64,000 nt of DNA from the human T2T-CHM13v2.0 reference genome, Homo sapiens, in NCBI RefSeq assembly GCF_009914755.1, contig NC_060939.1; one strand, written 5' to 3'. Position numbers and translations under genes: made by a program. Shown here in pieces: positions 11,304 to 25,400 of the stretch; the stretch's first letter is position 1; each line of letters opens with the position of its first letter. The notes under the pieces were generated by a model. It did not search any database. It was not told the DNA's origin and worked only from the letters and a program-made list of their open reading frames with translations.

Positions 11304-14300
11304 CTGAAATGGAAGAGCAGCCCAGGTCAGCTGCCGAAACGCCCCAGCCTGTCCCTCACCCACCTGCACAGTGTCGGCTAGTACCATGGAAAACATGCTG
11401 AAGGAGTGTAAAGAAAAAGACTCCTGACTCCGTACCAGAGCTTAATTTAAGTGATACTTGAAAAGAGCAGAAAAAAAAAATCTCATTTCCCAACTTAAGG
11501 AAAAGATCCTGAAAGTTTTGCACTCATTTAAAAGTTATTATAATCCACGATTAAAGGTGTAGCTGCCACGGAGTAAGGACGCCTATGAAATGGATTCAGA
11601 ATGCACATTGCTTTAACAAAGTGCTCCCCACACCCCCTTAAAGCAGAGTAGTCATATTCCTTAAAACCTGCAAAGAGTTCACTCACAAGAAAGTAAGGCC
11701 CTGCCCACTGCAGTCTTCCCTTAGCTTAGCTCACTGAATACACTCAATGCAGACAGATCTATTCTGTATGCAGGCAGGTCCAAGAAAGAAAAGGTAATTC
11801 TAAGGAAAATGGGAACAGTTTCAAAAAAAGTTATAGGCTCCAAAAGACCTTTCCTCCAATCTATACTTCTTATCTTTGTTTCCATCAGTGCCACTGAGTC
11901 TAAAAGGAGAACTGTTTAGATAAATGAGACTGTTGTCTTGAAGCAGTCTTAAGTTTACAACTGTGTACATTTAAAGAAATAGGGCAATGCAACGAATGGG
12001 CTTGCAGGGAAGCCCTCTTAATTTACTCCCTAGGCCTCCATGATAAACTAAGAAATGTCAAAATTAGATCTGTTTCAAGTAACCTTGATTAGACAGTTCT
12101 AATATGAAAGAGCTGGGTGACCCAAAGCCCACTTCGTGGTATAGGAGGAAGCTCCTAGATGGTTGGGAACACTGTAAACCTAAGGTCAGAACTGTAAATT
12201 GTACTTGGAAAAACACAATTTTACAGGTACACACCCAGACAGGACTACATTCAAATTAAAACCAGAAGGAAAGAATGAAACAGCAGAGGCAGGAGTAACA
12301 TAAATTACAGGGATTTACAAGTTTTCAAAGTACTTTTAACAATACTTTAAGAACACACTCTCAGATGATAATGCAGTTTAGTTTAAGAACAAAATCAACA
12401 AAGTAATAGTTCACATATTTTCGTTCAATAGCTAAAATGACATCAAAAGCCTTTAGAGACTGTTGATAGGGACTTGTTAATACCTTCAAATCCAGAAGGA
12501 ATTTTAAAGACTTGCACTGTGTGACAATTCAGCACATGGCTATGTGCTGCCATTTCTGACTCTGGCTGAGAAGAATATGCCCTATCATTTACTTTATTGA
12601 TAAAGGCATTTACTTAAATCTTTATTTTAACTATTAGCTGCAAATTTTGTAACACAGCCAAATGTTCCCCACATTAGAATTTATGATGATATGATTATTA
12701 GAAGTCTTCTTTTTTTTTTCCCCTCCTTGGACAAAAATTAAGAACAAGTTTTTTCTTTAGATCTTCATTGTTAAAACGCTATTATTGGAAGATTTGCTAA
12801 TTGAAAAATATTACACTGGCCAGCCTGGCTGGTGCAGGTACAATGTTAAAGACAACTCCTGGTGCCTGGCATATCAGCACAGAACATGAAGAGCTTAACT
12901 GGAACTTACTCCATTTGGGCTCCTGAACCTCACTGGAGTGAGGCAGAGCCCCTTAGGGACCTGTTGGTTCCCTCAAGGAACAGAGCTAGTTATCAGCTGC
13001 CGTTTACAGAGCGAGTTTACAGAGATGACCAGCAGTGTAGTGAGATGACTTGCCAGAAGCCATTACTTTTAAATCCCTGGATTGCAGAAGATGCAAATGG
13101 ATGTAGGCAGTTTGGTTACCATTGGAGTTCTAAGGAGCTTTACCCATTGGACCACGTATGACAGGACTTAACCAGGCTACAGGTAAGGAGTCTACTACGA
13201 CTGATGAGAACCCCCAACCCTACCACCCCATGGCTTGGTTATGAGCCAGAATGGGACATCTAGTCTATGCTGTCTTTCCAACCACATTTTAGACATTGTG
13301 GAGACAGGATCAGGAGGTTCAGGAAGGGGCCAGCCCACAGCACTAACACTCAGTGGGCTAATTCAGGTGGGCTTGTGGCATAGAGGGTGGCAGTCTGATG
13401 TCATGAGCACAGATGAACCGTCAGCTGAATTGGACTAAGCACTACCCTTTGGGGCAGGGGGCAGGGCTGGAAATGCAAACAGCCTGACCTTAATGATCAG
13501 GGTTTTGAGTAGGGTTGTCTTGAGAGGGTTGTCTGAGGGGCTTTTTGAAAGATGTGGAGATGAGAGTAGGGCTCAGTTTTATTTCATCCCACCATTCACT
13601 CTTAGGCCTTAGGTGGTAAAATGTCACTTGGACTGCTTGAGCTTTCCAAAGTCAGTGGAGTCATCATGGAATATGAGAGTCTTGCTCAATGAACAAAATA
13701 CGCATAATTAAGAGACATCTCAGATTTACACTATGGTGTTCTCTCCATTTGCCTTACTGATGGAGCTGTTACTAAGTCAATAACTGTTGGTCTGTCACCT
13801 TTGTCCAGACAAAGGGCTGCCCATAAGTCCTAAGGCAGGCACCACTGTGAGCCTGGCCAGCCACCTGCCTCATCTTTCAGAGTGCACAAGGCCAACACAA
13901 ACATAAAGGGGCTTCCCACAGAGCTTCCTTCCAGAGCACTGCACCAACGGCAGGGAATGGACTACCTGTAGATTTCTTTGGTGGCCACACTCATCAGCCA
14001 GAGAGAGCAAGTAGGGAGCATGCATGGCCTCAATAGTAATCAGAAGCAGTCTTTCAAATATGATGCCCACCTTCAGACGCAGAGTAGGGCTCTGAGGAAA
14101 TCAACGGAATTTCCAACAACATTCAGATCAAAAGACATTGAAATGGAACCTTGTTCCTGGATGTGATTCTTAAATAGGTGCTAACTAAAGAGCTAGGAGA
14201 TCTGGGTTCTTGTATTTATTTACCAACTGGCTTTGTGACCCTAGGCAAATTGCTCCATTGCTCTGGGTTTTAAGGTGGTGAATTTAAAAAGAAGTAACCT

Positions 14301-14311
14301 TTTTATTGACA

Positions 14312-14312
<1 letters not shown>

Positions 14313-14364
<52 letters not shown>
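14313..14364. repeat. (CA)26 microsatellite
   Basis: Direct reading. Confidence 0.97.
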
Positions 14365-14367
<3 letters not shown>

Positions 14368-14500
14368 CTATGGCCACTCACCTACCTCGCTTAGGTGAAT
14401 AAGCTGAATTTTCACAAAGTGTATACACCGGTGTCACCAAGTACCCAATTAAGAATGAGAAGATGACCCAAAATGCTGGATCTTTAAATATATTCTTTTT

Positions 14501-15272
14501 GACATACAAATGGCCAACAAGCATATGAAAAAATGCTCAACATCACTAATCATCAGATGAATGCAAATTAAAACCACAATGAGATACCATCTTACACCAA
14601 TCAGAATGGCTATTATTAAAAAGTCAAAGAATAACAGATGTTGGCGAGGATACAGAGAAAAGAGAACGCTTATACGCTGTTGGTGGGAATGTAAATTAGT
14701 ACAACTTCTATGGAAAACAGTATGGAGGTTTCTCAACCGAAAATAGAACTACCAACTGGGTATCTACCCAAAGGAAAATAAATCACCATATAAAAAGGAT
14801 ACTCACACGTGTATGTTTATGACAGCACTATTCACAATAGCAAAGAGATGGACTAACCTAAATGTCCATCAACAGATGACTGCATAAAGAAAGTGAGGTA
14901 TGTATGGGCATATATAAATACACCATAAAATACTACTCAGCCATAAAAAAAATGAAATCATGTCTTTTGCAGCAACATGGATGGATCTGGAGGCCATTAT
15001 CTTAAGTGAAATATTCAGAAAGTCAAATACCACATGTTTTTGCCTATAAGTGGGAGCTAAATACTGTGTACACATGAACATAGAGAGTGAAAGAACAGAA
15101 ATGGGAGGGAAAGGTGGGAAAGTGGGAGAGGAGTGAGGAATGAGAAATTACCTGATGGGTACAATGTATACTATTCAGGTGACTGTTACACTAAAAGCCC
15201 AGACTTCATCACTATTCAATATGTCCATGTAACAGAAATACACTTGTACCCCCTAGTTTATTTTTAAAAAAG
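14501..15272 (+). mobile_element. 5'-truncated L1 (L1PB-like): ORF2 C-terminus and 3'UTR
   Basis: [31 protein letters not shown] is L1 ORF2; 3' end acactaaaagcccagacttc...ttgtaccccct. Confidence 0.9.
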
Positions 15273-15562
15273 ATGGGAGACACACATAAAAATAAATCAG
15301 TAAATAAATATAATCTTTCTCACTGAAAATTACATTCCTACATTTTGAATTTGGGACAAATCAGATGGAAACTCTTTGACTAAACAGAACACAAGAGAGA
15401 GTACTTCAAGGCTTCCTTGGAGCTATTCCTGATCATTCTCTGGAGACAAGACCGTAGGTGCATAGCTCCCCTTTTGGTCTTCAAAGCAGAGGCTAGTGGA
15501 CACCTGGAAACCGTAGGTGAATTTTCAGTGGAGGGAGGAAGTTTATAGATTCAATACAAAAC

Positions 15563-15935
15563 TATCTTAGTTGGCTTGGGCTGCCATAACAATATACCAT
15601 AGACTGGGCCACTTAAACAACAGAAACTTATTTTCCACAGTTCTGGAGGCTGCAAGTCTGGTATCAGGGAACCAGCATGGTGGGGCTGGTGAGGGCCTTC
15701 CTTGTTGGCAGACAGCTGCCTTCTTGCTATGTGCTCACATGGTCTCTCCTTGGTGAGGGCATTTAGAGAGCGAGATCTCTCCTTTCCTTTTATAAGGCCA
15801 TCAGTCCTACTGGATTAGGGCACCGCCCTTACAACCTCATTTAATTACCTCCTAAAAGCCCTGTCTCGAAATACAACTACATTGCAGGTTAGGGCTTTAA
15901 CATATGAATTCTGGGAAAAGAGTTCAGTCCATAGC
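15563..15935 (-). mobile_element. MaLR solo LTR (MLT1A-like)
   Basis: tcttagttggcttgggctgccataacaatataccatagactggg ... cagtccatagca. Confidence 0.85.
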
Positions 15936-18900
15936 ACAATCCTCATCATTTCTCATCAACCTCAGCCGGAATTATGTTCCATTAGAAAGGCTACCATCTC
16001 TAACCAGGTGCACTTCAGAGTCAGTTGAGTGGCTTTCCCTGGGCCAACTGTCTGTCAGTGGCCATAAACCATGAAGCTACAGCTCAAGAGTGCTGGTGTT
16101 AGGCAGCCCTGGGCTCTAGGTCTGGCTCTGCCCCCTGATCTGCTATAGTCACTTAACTAATTTGAGCCTTAGAGTCTTTATAAAATGAGGGTAGATGGTA
16201 GCCTTCAGGATTTAGATGAGGATCCAATGAGATAGTGTCTGTGACCATAAAGTACAGAACAATGTTAGTTATGAGTGTTTGGTTAGCTGACCAGTTCTGC
16301 TGCTCTGAGTCTTCTCCCGCTAGACCTGAAGCCCCCTCCCAGTGTGAGGCTTCCTAAATGCTTTCCATCATCTTGCCCCCCTCCCCATCACCCCAGCCCC
16401 ATCTCTCCATAAGGACTACTCTTCAGAGCACAGGGTCTGGCAGAGGCAGGCCCCACTGTCTTGCTGGGACTCATCAGCAAGTTTCGTGCCACGTAGGAAG
16501 CCATTGCTGAGGTCTCTCCCTGGCCCTGCCTGCACGAGAGAGCTGTGCAAACAGTGATGGGGCTGCCAGCCAGGATCTTGCAGTGGCAGAGTAGGAAATG
16601 TATTCTGACAGCTCTGAAAAGAAAATCCAGGAAAAGCATGATCCAAGAAATACAGGTAAGTGGTACAAAGAAACAGTGGCTTAACTTACTGTGCATGTGT
16701 GTGTTTTGAAGCTGTTGTGTTAGGCTTGTCAACCTGAAAACAGAGCAGGAAGAGCAAAAGCTAATAGGCTGGTGTTGTGGGCTCCTGATTGAGAGCAAGG
16801 ATGAGCTTCCCTTGAAGCACTTAAGGAAATCCTTAAGCCCAGGAAGTCTTCCCAGGCAGAACAGCCAAAGGCAGCCTTTCTTGTTCAACCCAAAGACATG
16901 GCAGCAACTATCACATAACTAAGTATATGTAGCTGAATCCCAAGTTACAGAAGGGCAGGAACTATGTTTTTGGTATTGAATCCTCCATTGCTCTGCTGGG
17001 GGCTAGGCACTGAAGGAGGGCCTCAAAGTTACTGGAATGAATGAAATAAAGTGACAGGGGGCCCCTAGTTAACAAACTAATTGGTGCCTTGACTTGGGGT
17101 AGAATCATACCACATCTTGTCTCATGAAATACAGATGGCAGATTTTGGATTGAAGGCTTCAATGGTGTCTACATCACCTTAGGTCTGCACATTAAGTCCT
17201 TGAAGAATAGATTTTGTGATAAGCTGTCTCTTACCCTAGAAGGAAATTAGGATTACAATCCTCAGGATCCTGGGCACCAACTCAGGGATCCCTGGTCTGG
17301 TTATAAGAGTTCTGGAAAAGCCTCCTCCTTTTGCAGGTATGGGCAAAACTGGTGTTTCACTTGGTATGAAGGAATTCAAGGCCTTCTAGGACAATGCTTT
17401 GCCAAAACCTCAGTTAACACAGCAGAAAACCTGTTACTGGCAGAGATGGTACTCAGTAGGCTATAAAGCCCCTCTACCTACATTATCCAAGTCTCTAAAC
17501 TCTGAAATGGGCAGACAGGGATGACTATACTCTTACAATGGGGAAACTAATGCTCAGAAAGTTCAAGAGAGCTTGTCCTGGGTCCTCCAGCTCGTCATTG
17601 GTAGAGCTGGGCTTAGCAATCTCTTATTATTCCAAATGCTAGATTCTTCCTCACCTCAAAGGCCCATCTACGGTCACTGGACTCATGAGCCCATTCCTTC
17701 CTGGGCAGAAGGGCTGTCTGTCACTAGGCCTGAACTCACTTCCATGACTGGCTGCCAGCCAGCTTCTTGCATGGCTCTGCCAGCCCGGATGAAGATGAGG
17801 ATGACATACTGCCATTCAAATAAACAAACCAACTGACATAGATTAAACTAACACAAAAGACTTTTTTTCAAAAACCTATACTCTTCTTGGCTTGGTATCA
17901 AATAACCAGTTCTTGGTTATGTGCTGGCTGTGCCAAGGGTTTGTCTCAAATTATCAGATGTAAGAACTTGAAAGAGAGGAAGGGTTGGTGATGGGACTAG
18001 ATTCTCAGGAGTGAACTGTTGGAACACATGACTCTAAATTAGTACTGTCTTAGGATGGCCATTTATTTGGATGCCTTCTGGAGCAGCCTTGACAGGTTTT
18101 GAGTGCCTTGCAAAACTGGTCTTATATTTTTGAAAGAAATGCTATTATGTCAAATATATTTGTAATATTAATACTTGGTGTTACCCAAAATTTAAATTAA
18201 AAAAAAAAAAAAAGGAAAGTGGAGGTGGGATAGTGAGTGATCACGAATCTGGATTAAAAATGCAAATTCTCCTGGAGAGAGTTTGCAGATTTCACATTTG
18301 TAAAATGACAATTGTCAAATTCACTCCATAAAATTCCAAGGAGTGGCTAGGAGGGCCCATGGAGAGTCTATCACGTTGTATAAATGTAAAACAGCCTGAT
18401 TCCCTCACCCAGAGGGACCTTTCCTCCAACTGTGACCACATGGAATTCAGTCAAGAACGTGAAAAGAAGCAAGCGGGCCTTTCAGCAGAGAGATGAGTCC
18501 ATTCATCAAATATTTGCTGAGCATCTACTCTAGCCAAGCATGGTGTTAGGCACTGGGAATGGAATACTGAACAAATCAGAGACATTCTTGCCTTCACCGA
18601 GTGCCCAGTTTTTCCACAAAATCCACACCAGTTACTTACAAGAAAGTCTTCCAAGCTCCAACTCAATCTACCAAGTCACATTTCAGAAGCAAGTCTAATA
18701 AAAGTGGGCTTTCTGGCCTAGAGTAGACTGAAATCAGCAATTAGAAAAGACACTGCTGGTTTAAATAAATTGACAAGAGGAAGAAGCACCAGCTGACATT
18801 AGTAAGTGAAGGCGTGAGAATTAAAATTATTTTAAGCAGACATGAGAATTCAAAAAGTTGCCTAGAATCATTTGGTGTAAAAGTATCTCAACCCTTTTCA

Positions 18901-19116
18901 GTTGGTCTTGAGAGAGCATTACTGTATTGTAGTAAAATATCTTATTAATTATAACCAATTATCCTTACTTAGTATGCTACACTTTAAAAATCTGCTTCCA
19001 CATACCTAATAATAGTAATGTGCCTTAACATCGTAGTAGGAACTCATTTCTGAAGGCATCAAAAAATACATAATACATTCAGCATAACTGGTTTAAGATG
19101 GAAGGAGACATCATAA

Positions 19117-19482
<366 letters not shown>

Positions 19483-19555
19483 TGAAAAATTCACTTATAT
19501 GGGAATAGTTTATTCCCTGACCATACCAAACCATGACACTAAATAATAAAAATAA

Positions 19556-19887
<332 letters not shown>

Positions 19888-22039
19888 TTGCTCTCTCTCT
19901 TTCTCTCTCTTATATAATCTACATACATAATAGATAAACCCAGGATGTCCTATAGTAAAATTCCCAGCTCTTTAGAACTCACTTATATTCAAGGAAACAG
20001 AACAGAAAATGGTCAAGTTCTCTTTTACCTACTTACACTCTGCCTCTTCTGATTTTGCTAAGACCTAAGAGTGATCCTGCATTTTCTCCTTATTTAGGAG
20101 AACTCCATCAGTGGTTTTAGAAAGCTCTCCATATTGTGTTATTTTTATTAGTTGTTTTTTACCCCAGAAGGCCGTCTGGCAAGTTTCTAAACACTTATGT
20201 CACTGGGACCCCAGCACTGTGCCTGCCACAGACCAGAAGACAGAACCACATACGGCCCTGCTCCAGATACCAGAGCAGTTGTTTAGGCAAAGACAGACTG
20301 CTATGAATCCCCAGTTTCAACAGTCTCAAGGCTGTCTGCTCTGTAAGGATAATGGTTAAGCCCCCTATATTCACTGCTGTATTCCTAGTATTTGGCATAG
20401 TGTCTAACACAGTGCCTGGAAAACAACAGGTGTTCATTAACTATCTGGGGAATGAATGACTGAGGACCAAATCCTTACTCCAGGGAGCCTGTACCTACCA
20501 CACCAGAGCTCTGGGCCTACCCATCCCGGGCCTTCAAGGACTCAGATAACACCATCTTTCTATGTGTGAGAACAGTTAGCTGAGTATTTTGGCCAGCACC
20601 CTAACTGGTCCAACAGCCTCTTGGCACAGTGCCACAGAGAGGAGGGGTAGGGTAGGGCAGAAGCAGCTTCTTTCTGCTGGCTTTGTAAGCACCTGTCAAA
20701 ACCTAAGGCCAAATCGGTTCCATTGGTTGGTGTGGTAGGGTGAGTGGTACATGGAGTCAGAAATGTAAATAGTTAAATTTCACCAGGGCAAATTCTTTAT
20801 GCCTAAGAATTCTTGTTTTACTTTTTCCCTTGTCAGAGACAAGGTGTCCTTAACAGGGGCAAAAATAGGTGTCTAGACATCTAAATTCATTAAAAAAGAC
20901 AGCAGAGAGAGTTTGTAAATCATTGGAACAAAGAATATTTTTCTAGCAGAGCAGAAATAAAGTAGTTCCTGCATTCCTCTCCACAAAACTGGTCCTGCTA
21001 CAATGCTATAGTAAAAAGGCAGCAGCTGCGGTGGCCAGGCGAGGCCAGTGCAAGAGCCAAGCATCTCTGTCCACATTGCTCTTACCAAGTTTGTCACACC
21101 TGAAGACCAGGCCTAGGAGCAATATGACAAGAGGGTCCTTGAGGCCAATGACCTCTATGTGTCATAAAGAATATGGCATGCCCCAAACACACACACCTTG
21201 CTTAATCTGATACCTTGGGGTTAGGGTAGGGAGGGTACAGAAGTGGCTTTATTTTAATATCACAGGAGAAAAGTTTAAAGAGTCTATGCATATACATGAT
21301 CAAGTCAAAATCAGAGCAGAGAAACACAAAGAGTCCTTTGGCTAGCACCGCAAACAAATTCCTGTCCTCCCAGATCTGCTTCTTCCATTAGATGATTTCC
21401 AAACTGAGATTAAGTACAGCAGCCTTGGCAGACCATGTGGGAAGTAGGCCCTTTAAGCACTAGCCTTCTTCCCGGTGGTCCCAGGGATCCACTGCTCTCT
21501 AGCACCAGCAAAGTGTCAAGGACGAGGAGGGATGAGAGAGAAGGAAGAAGGGAAAGAGGAAAGAAAGTAGCCAGGATCACCAGAAGAAGCTAAAAAGCCA
21601 GTAGTTGGGGGCTTGCCTTTTATAGGCTTTGGAAACCGGGTGATCCTAAAGAAACAAGGGCTTTTCTCATGTAGTGAGGGGTGAATGGCTGTTTTGCTGT
21701 GTCCCTCCAGGGAAACTGAGTGAGATGGCCCCTGACCAGCTGCTGTCTGCTTCCTATGGGAAAAGGCTGTGTGCTTGGTACCAGTAGCAGAGGAATGCAA
21801 AAAAGGCTTTTCCCCTCCTCAAACATCATTCTATTCCTGCAGGGGAGAATAATGCTTCAGAACCAGGGATGCTTGTTTACAGCCCTGGGGCTTCAGTGTG
21901 GAAGTCTGATGCTCACCTACCATTCTCCATATCCGGGACTTTGGAACATAGTCTGAGCGTGTCATTCTCCTGCTTGTAACACTTAGGGGCTCCTCATCTC
22001 TGAGGGGATCAATCCTCAAGTTCTTGGGTCCCTCCTGAC

Positions 22040-22470
22040 CTGGACCCTGCCTGCCTCTTTAGTCTTAGCTCTTGTTTCTCCTACATCCTGAGCTCCAGTT
22101 AGAATAAACAGCTTGCAGTCCCCTGAACCTGCCAGGCCATTTTACATCTCAAACCTCTGGCATAGATCCAGGTTTGTTAATTATTTCCCCCAGCCCCGAG
22201 AATGTCAGCAACTTGAGGGCAGGGACTTTGTCTGTTTTGCTTCCCACTGTATCCTGGATGTCTGGAACAGTGCCTGGCACACTGCAGGCACTCAATAAAT
22301 GTCTGCTGAAGGAAGGAATGAGTCTCAGCACTGAAGGCACTGCCCCTGGCTGTGGATGTCACAAGGACAAGGATTGGGTTGTGTTCATTTCTGCATCTCC
22401 TAGCACATGGTTTGACACAGTGTGGGCATTTTGTAAAAGCTGATAAATGAGAGAAGGAATGAGTGATGAA
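22040..22470 (+). mobile_element. L2 3' fragments (two tandem ends)
   Basis: ttgagggcagggactttgtc...aacagtgcctggcac...ctcaataaat...gaatg. Confidence 0.7.
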
Positions 22471-25400
22471 TGTTCATAGGGATGAAAAGCTAACAATACT
22501 GGCATTTCTCCAAGAATGAGTTACCTTCCAGTCTTCTGTGTTAGGGCCTCTTTTTCCTTCTTTCATGTTGTCTATTCTGTGAGAAGAGTTACTTTTTAAA
22601 TGAAGCATATTTTAAATTCTGTTCAAACACAGCACAAGAAAATTGGGCTAGATTTTCTCAAAGACTTGGCTAAGCTAAAAGTCATGGGCTCTACAGCTAA
22701 TCAGGGACAATGGCAGCAAGTGCTGCTTCCATTTTAATTTACATTTGAGAAAGAACCCTATCTATAGAACACTGACCTTGTAAATTATACAGACTCACCA
22801 TATCATCGTAAATTTGAGAAACTACTTTATTTTGGATTTTTTTTGAATATTTGCATTATCTGTGTCTCTTTTACCATTGGGGCTGGGGATGGGAGGAAGG
22901 CTGGTCACAGAAAGCCCTGGATAATATATCAGGAGGCCTGGTTCCAGTGACCTGGAGTAAGTCCTTCTCCTCTCTGGAAATGAGGGGAGTTTGAATAGAT
23001 GATCTCTGAAGGCCTGTGAACCTGCAGACATAATATAATCCTGTGCTATGGCAATCGTGCACTTATGCATCCTATGCTGCCCATACCTGCATAGGTACGA
23101 CATTTAAACATGGTAAAAAGAGAAGGCGCTTATAATATTTTTTTCTTACAAAGGAAAAAAGTCATCACATAAAATATGCCACCCCCAAATTCTCAATGAG
23201 TACCTATCCTGATTTTCTAATCTAGCTTATTTAAGAAAAGAGAACTGATTACTTACACACTTACACACACACACACACACACACTACTGGAAAGATTATG
23301 TCCATTATAGACTAACGGGATATGTGCATGGAGGCACAGGGAGGTGGGCAGATGAATGGACAGCATTTAATAATGCCTTAAAATTCAAAGGTTCTAAGTA
23401 GGGTCTGGACCTTTCCTGTGAGAACTGAGGACAAACTTTCCTTACTATGGAGCTTTTGGGTGTTATGAGAACAGGAGGGTTAATAAATGCAGTGCATGGG
23501 CTGATAGGTTTTCTGGTCATAACCTAATAGCTGCCAGACAGCATGGATACATTCCACGGAACATTTATGGGCTCTCCAGCACTAGTCTATGACAATTTTA
23601 TTTAATCATAAAAATATAATAGTCATCAAATCTTTTTGGAGTTTCCAGTTTACTGCTTTCTCAAGTGAAATAAATGGTCTCTCGGATTTCTTCTGCTTTC
23701 ATCTCTCTGCTCTAAGTATAGTAGGATAAGGTTCCAATTAAGGCCCATTAAATGTTCACATTGATTCATTGAGCCATTCTCCAGTTTCTTTTCCTAACAC
23801 AATCTCAATGCACCTCTGAGTTGTCTCTGTGGTGTGTTTTGTTTAGCAGTTGCCCATACATAAAATAATTATTTGGGTGTGAGTTCTCCTTCCCTCCCAC
23901 TTCTATAGCCCAAGGTGGTGAGTGGAGATTCTCCTTCACTGCCTTCCAGACAAGAATAGGTTTATCACCTGTCAGGTGTGTCCAGGTGAACCAGGCATGC
24001 CCCTTTGGGAAGGGAAGCTGGCAGCTGACCAGAACCAGACTGATACTCCAAAGTCCCCTTGGCAGCTGTGTCAAAACAGTGTTTTGAGTGGCAGCCCTGA
24101 GACTCTGAGGTGGGAGGATCCTCTGTACTTCTACATGTTTTGGTCCACAGAGGAACCCTGTAGGCAGACGCTTCTCACAGGTTCTCCACAGATGGGGAAC
24201 CATGTTCTGACAGCTGGTCTGGCCATGACTTCCCAATTCATCTTATAATTATCTATTCTTCCTCTATCAGAGCTGAAAGGCTTCTTCAGAGCACCCAGGC
24301 TAACTCTTTATACAGACAGGAAACTAAAGCTCAGAGAAGGGCAGTGACTTACCCAGTGTCAAACAGCTGTAAAGCTGTAAAAGGATCCAGCAGTCCTGAC
24401 TGCTGTACCAATATTTGTTCCATTGTGATGGGCTTTCTGTAACTGATGAGGGTCTTATATAAAATCTCCTATCTCAGGAGAGGTGTTCCCTGTGATTACA
24501 GCCTAAGCCTTTATACAGTCTTATCTCAGAGTGATTTTTATTACAAACACCCCCTCCATGGCTGAAGACCAAGGCAAGTCCAGAAAAACTGGTCATGAAT
24601 TAAACTTTGATAAAAGATTCCTTCTGGCCTCATTTTCTTGTGTTGATTTGATACCCCAATAGAAGATTTTCAAGTGAGCAAAGGATAACTGAGGTTCGTG
24701 CACACTCCTGACCTGGCAGCAGCCCCTCAGGCTGGCTGCTGCCTACCTCAGTTGACGTCCTGGCAACACAGCCACTCAGGCAAGCCAGGAGTTCCTTCTG
24801 ACCTCTCAGAGGTTTGTGGAGTAAAAAATGTATCTAGTGTGAGCATGCGGCACTTTGAACTACCCTTGTGTGGAAAAATTCACTAAAACAATGAAGAAAA
24901 TAAAAGGTATCTTTTATTTGGATTCTGTGAAGTTGGTAACTTTTAATGCAATTGGCCAAAATTGCTAACTGGCAAATTTCTCCGTTCTTATGTCAGCCAG
25001 TTCACTCATCAGAAGTCTCAAAATAAATATTTAGGTATAAATCATTTTTAATTAAGAATTTTTGCTCTACTTTTGGAAAAAAAAACCCACATTTTTTTCT
25101 TTGGTGCTATAATATTGAGAGTAACTTGGTTCCAAAATGGTTGCACTGCTGAAACTCAGGCTCTTCCTTAGACATGATGTATTTCTATTTTATGAAAGGA
25201 ACGTATCTGTCACACAAAGAAAGGAAATACAGAAAGCTGAATGCTTGTGTGACAGCTAAAGAATAAGCTGCCAACTCTGGGAGAACAGAAAGTCCTTGAG
25301 TGCTGGAGTTTCCACTCTGAGCCCACCACCGCAGCCTCCATTCACGAACTGGGATGGGGCTAAGGGAGTTTACCAAGTGGGTGTGACCTAGGACTGACCA

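Noticed and set aside
16388-16888. 166-aa minus-strand ORF (also the 143-aa ORF at 23805..24236 and 141-aa ORF at 30546..30971)
   Set aside because: No recognisable homology or domain, and the SCAPER frame is complete without them
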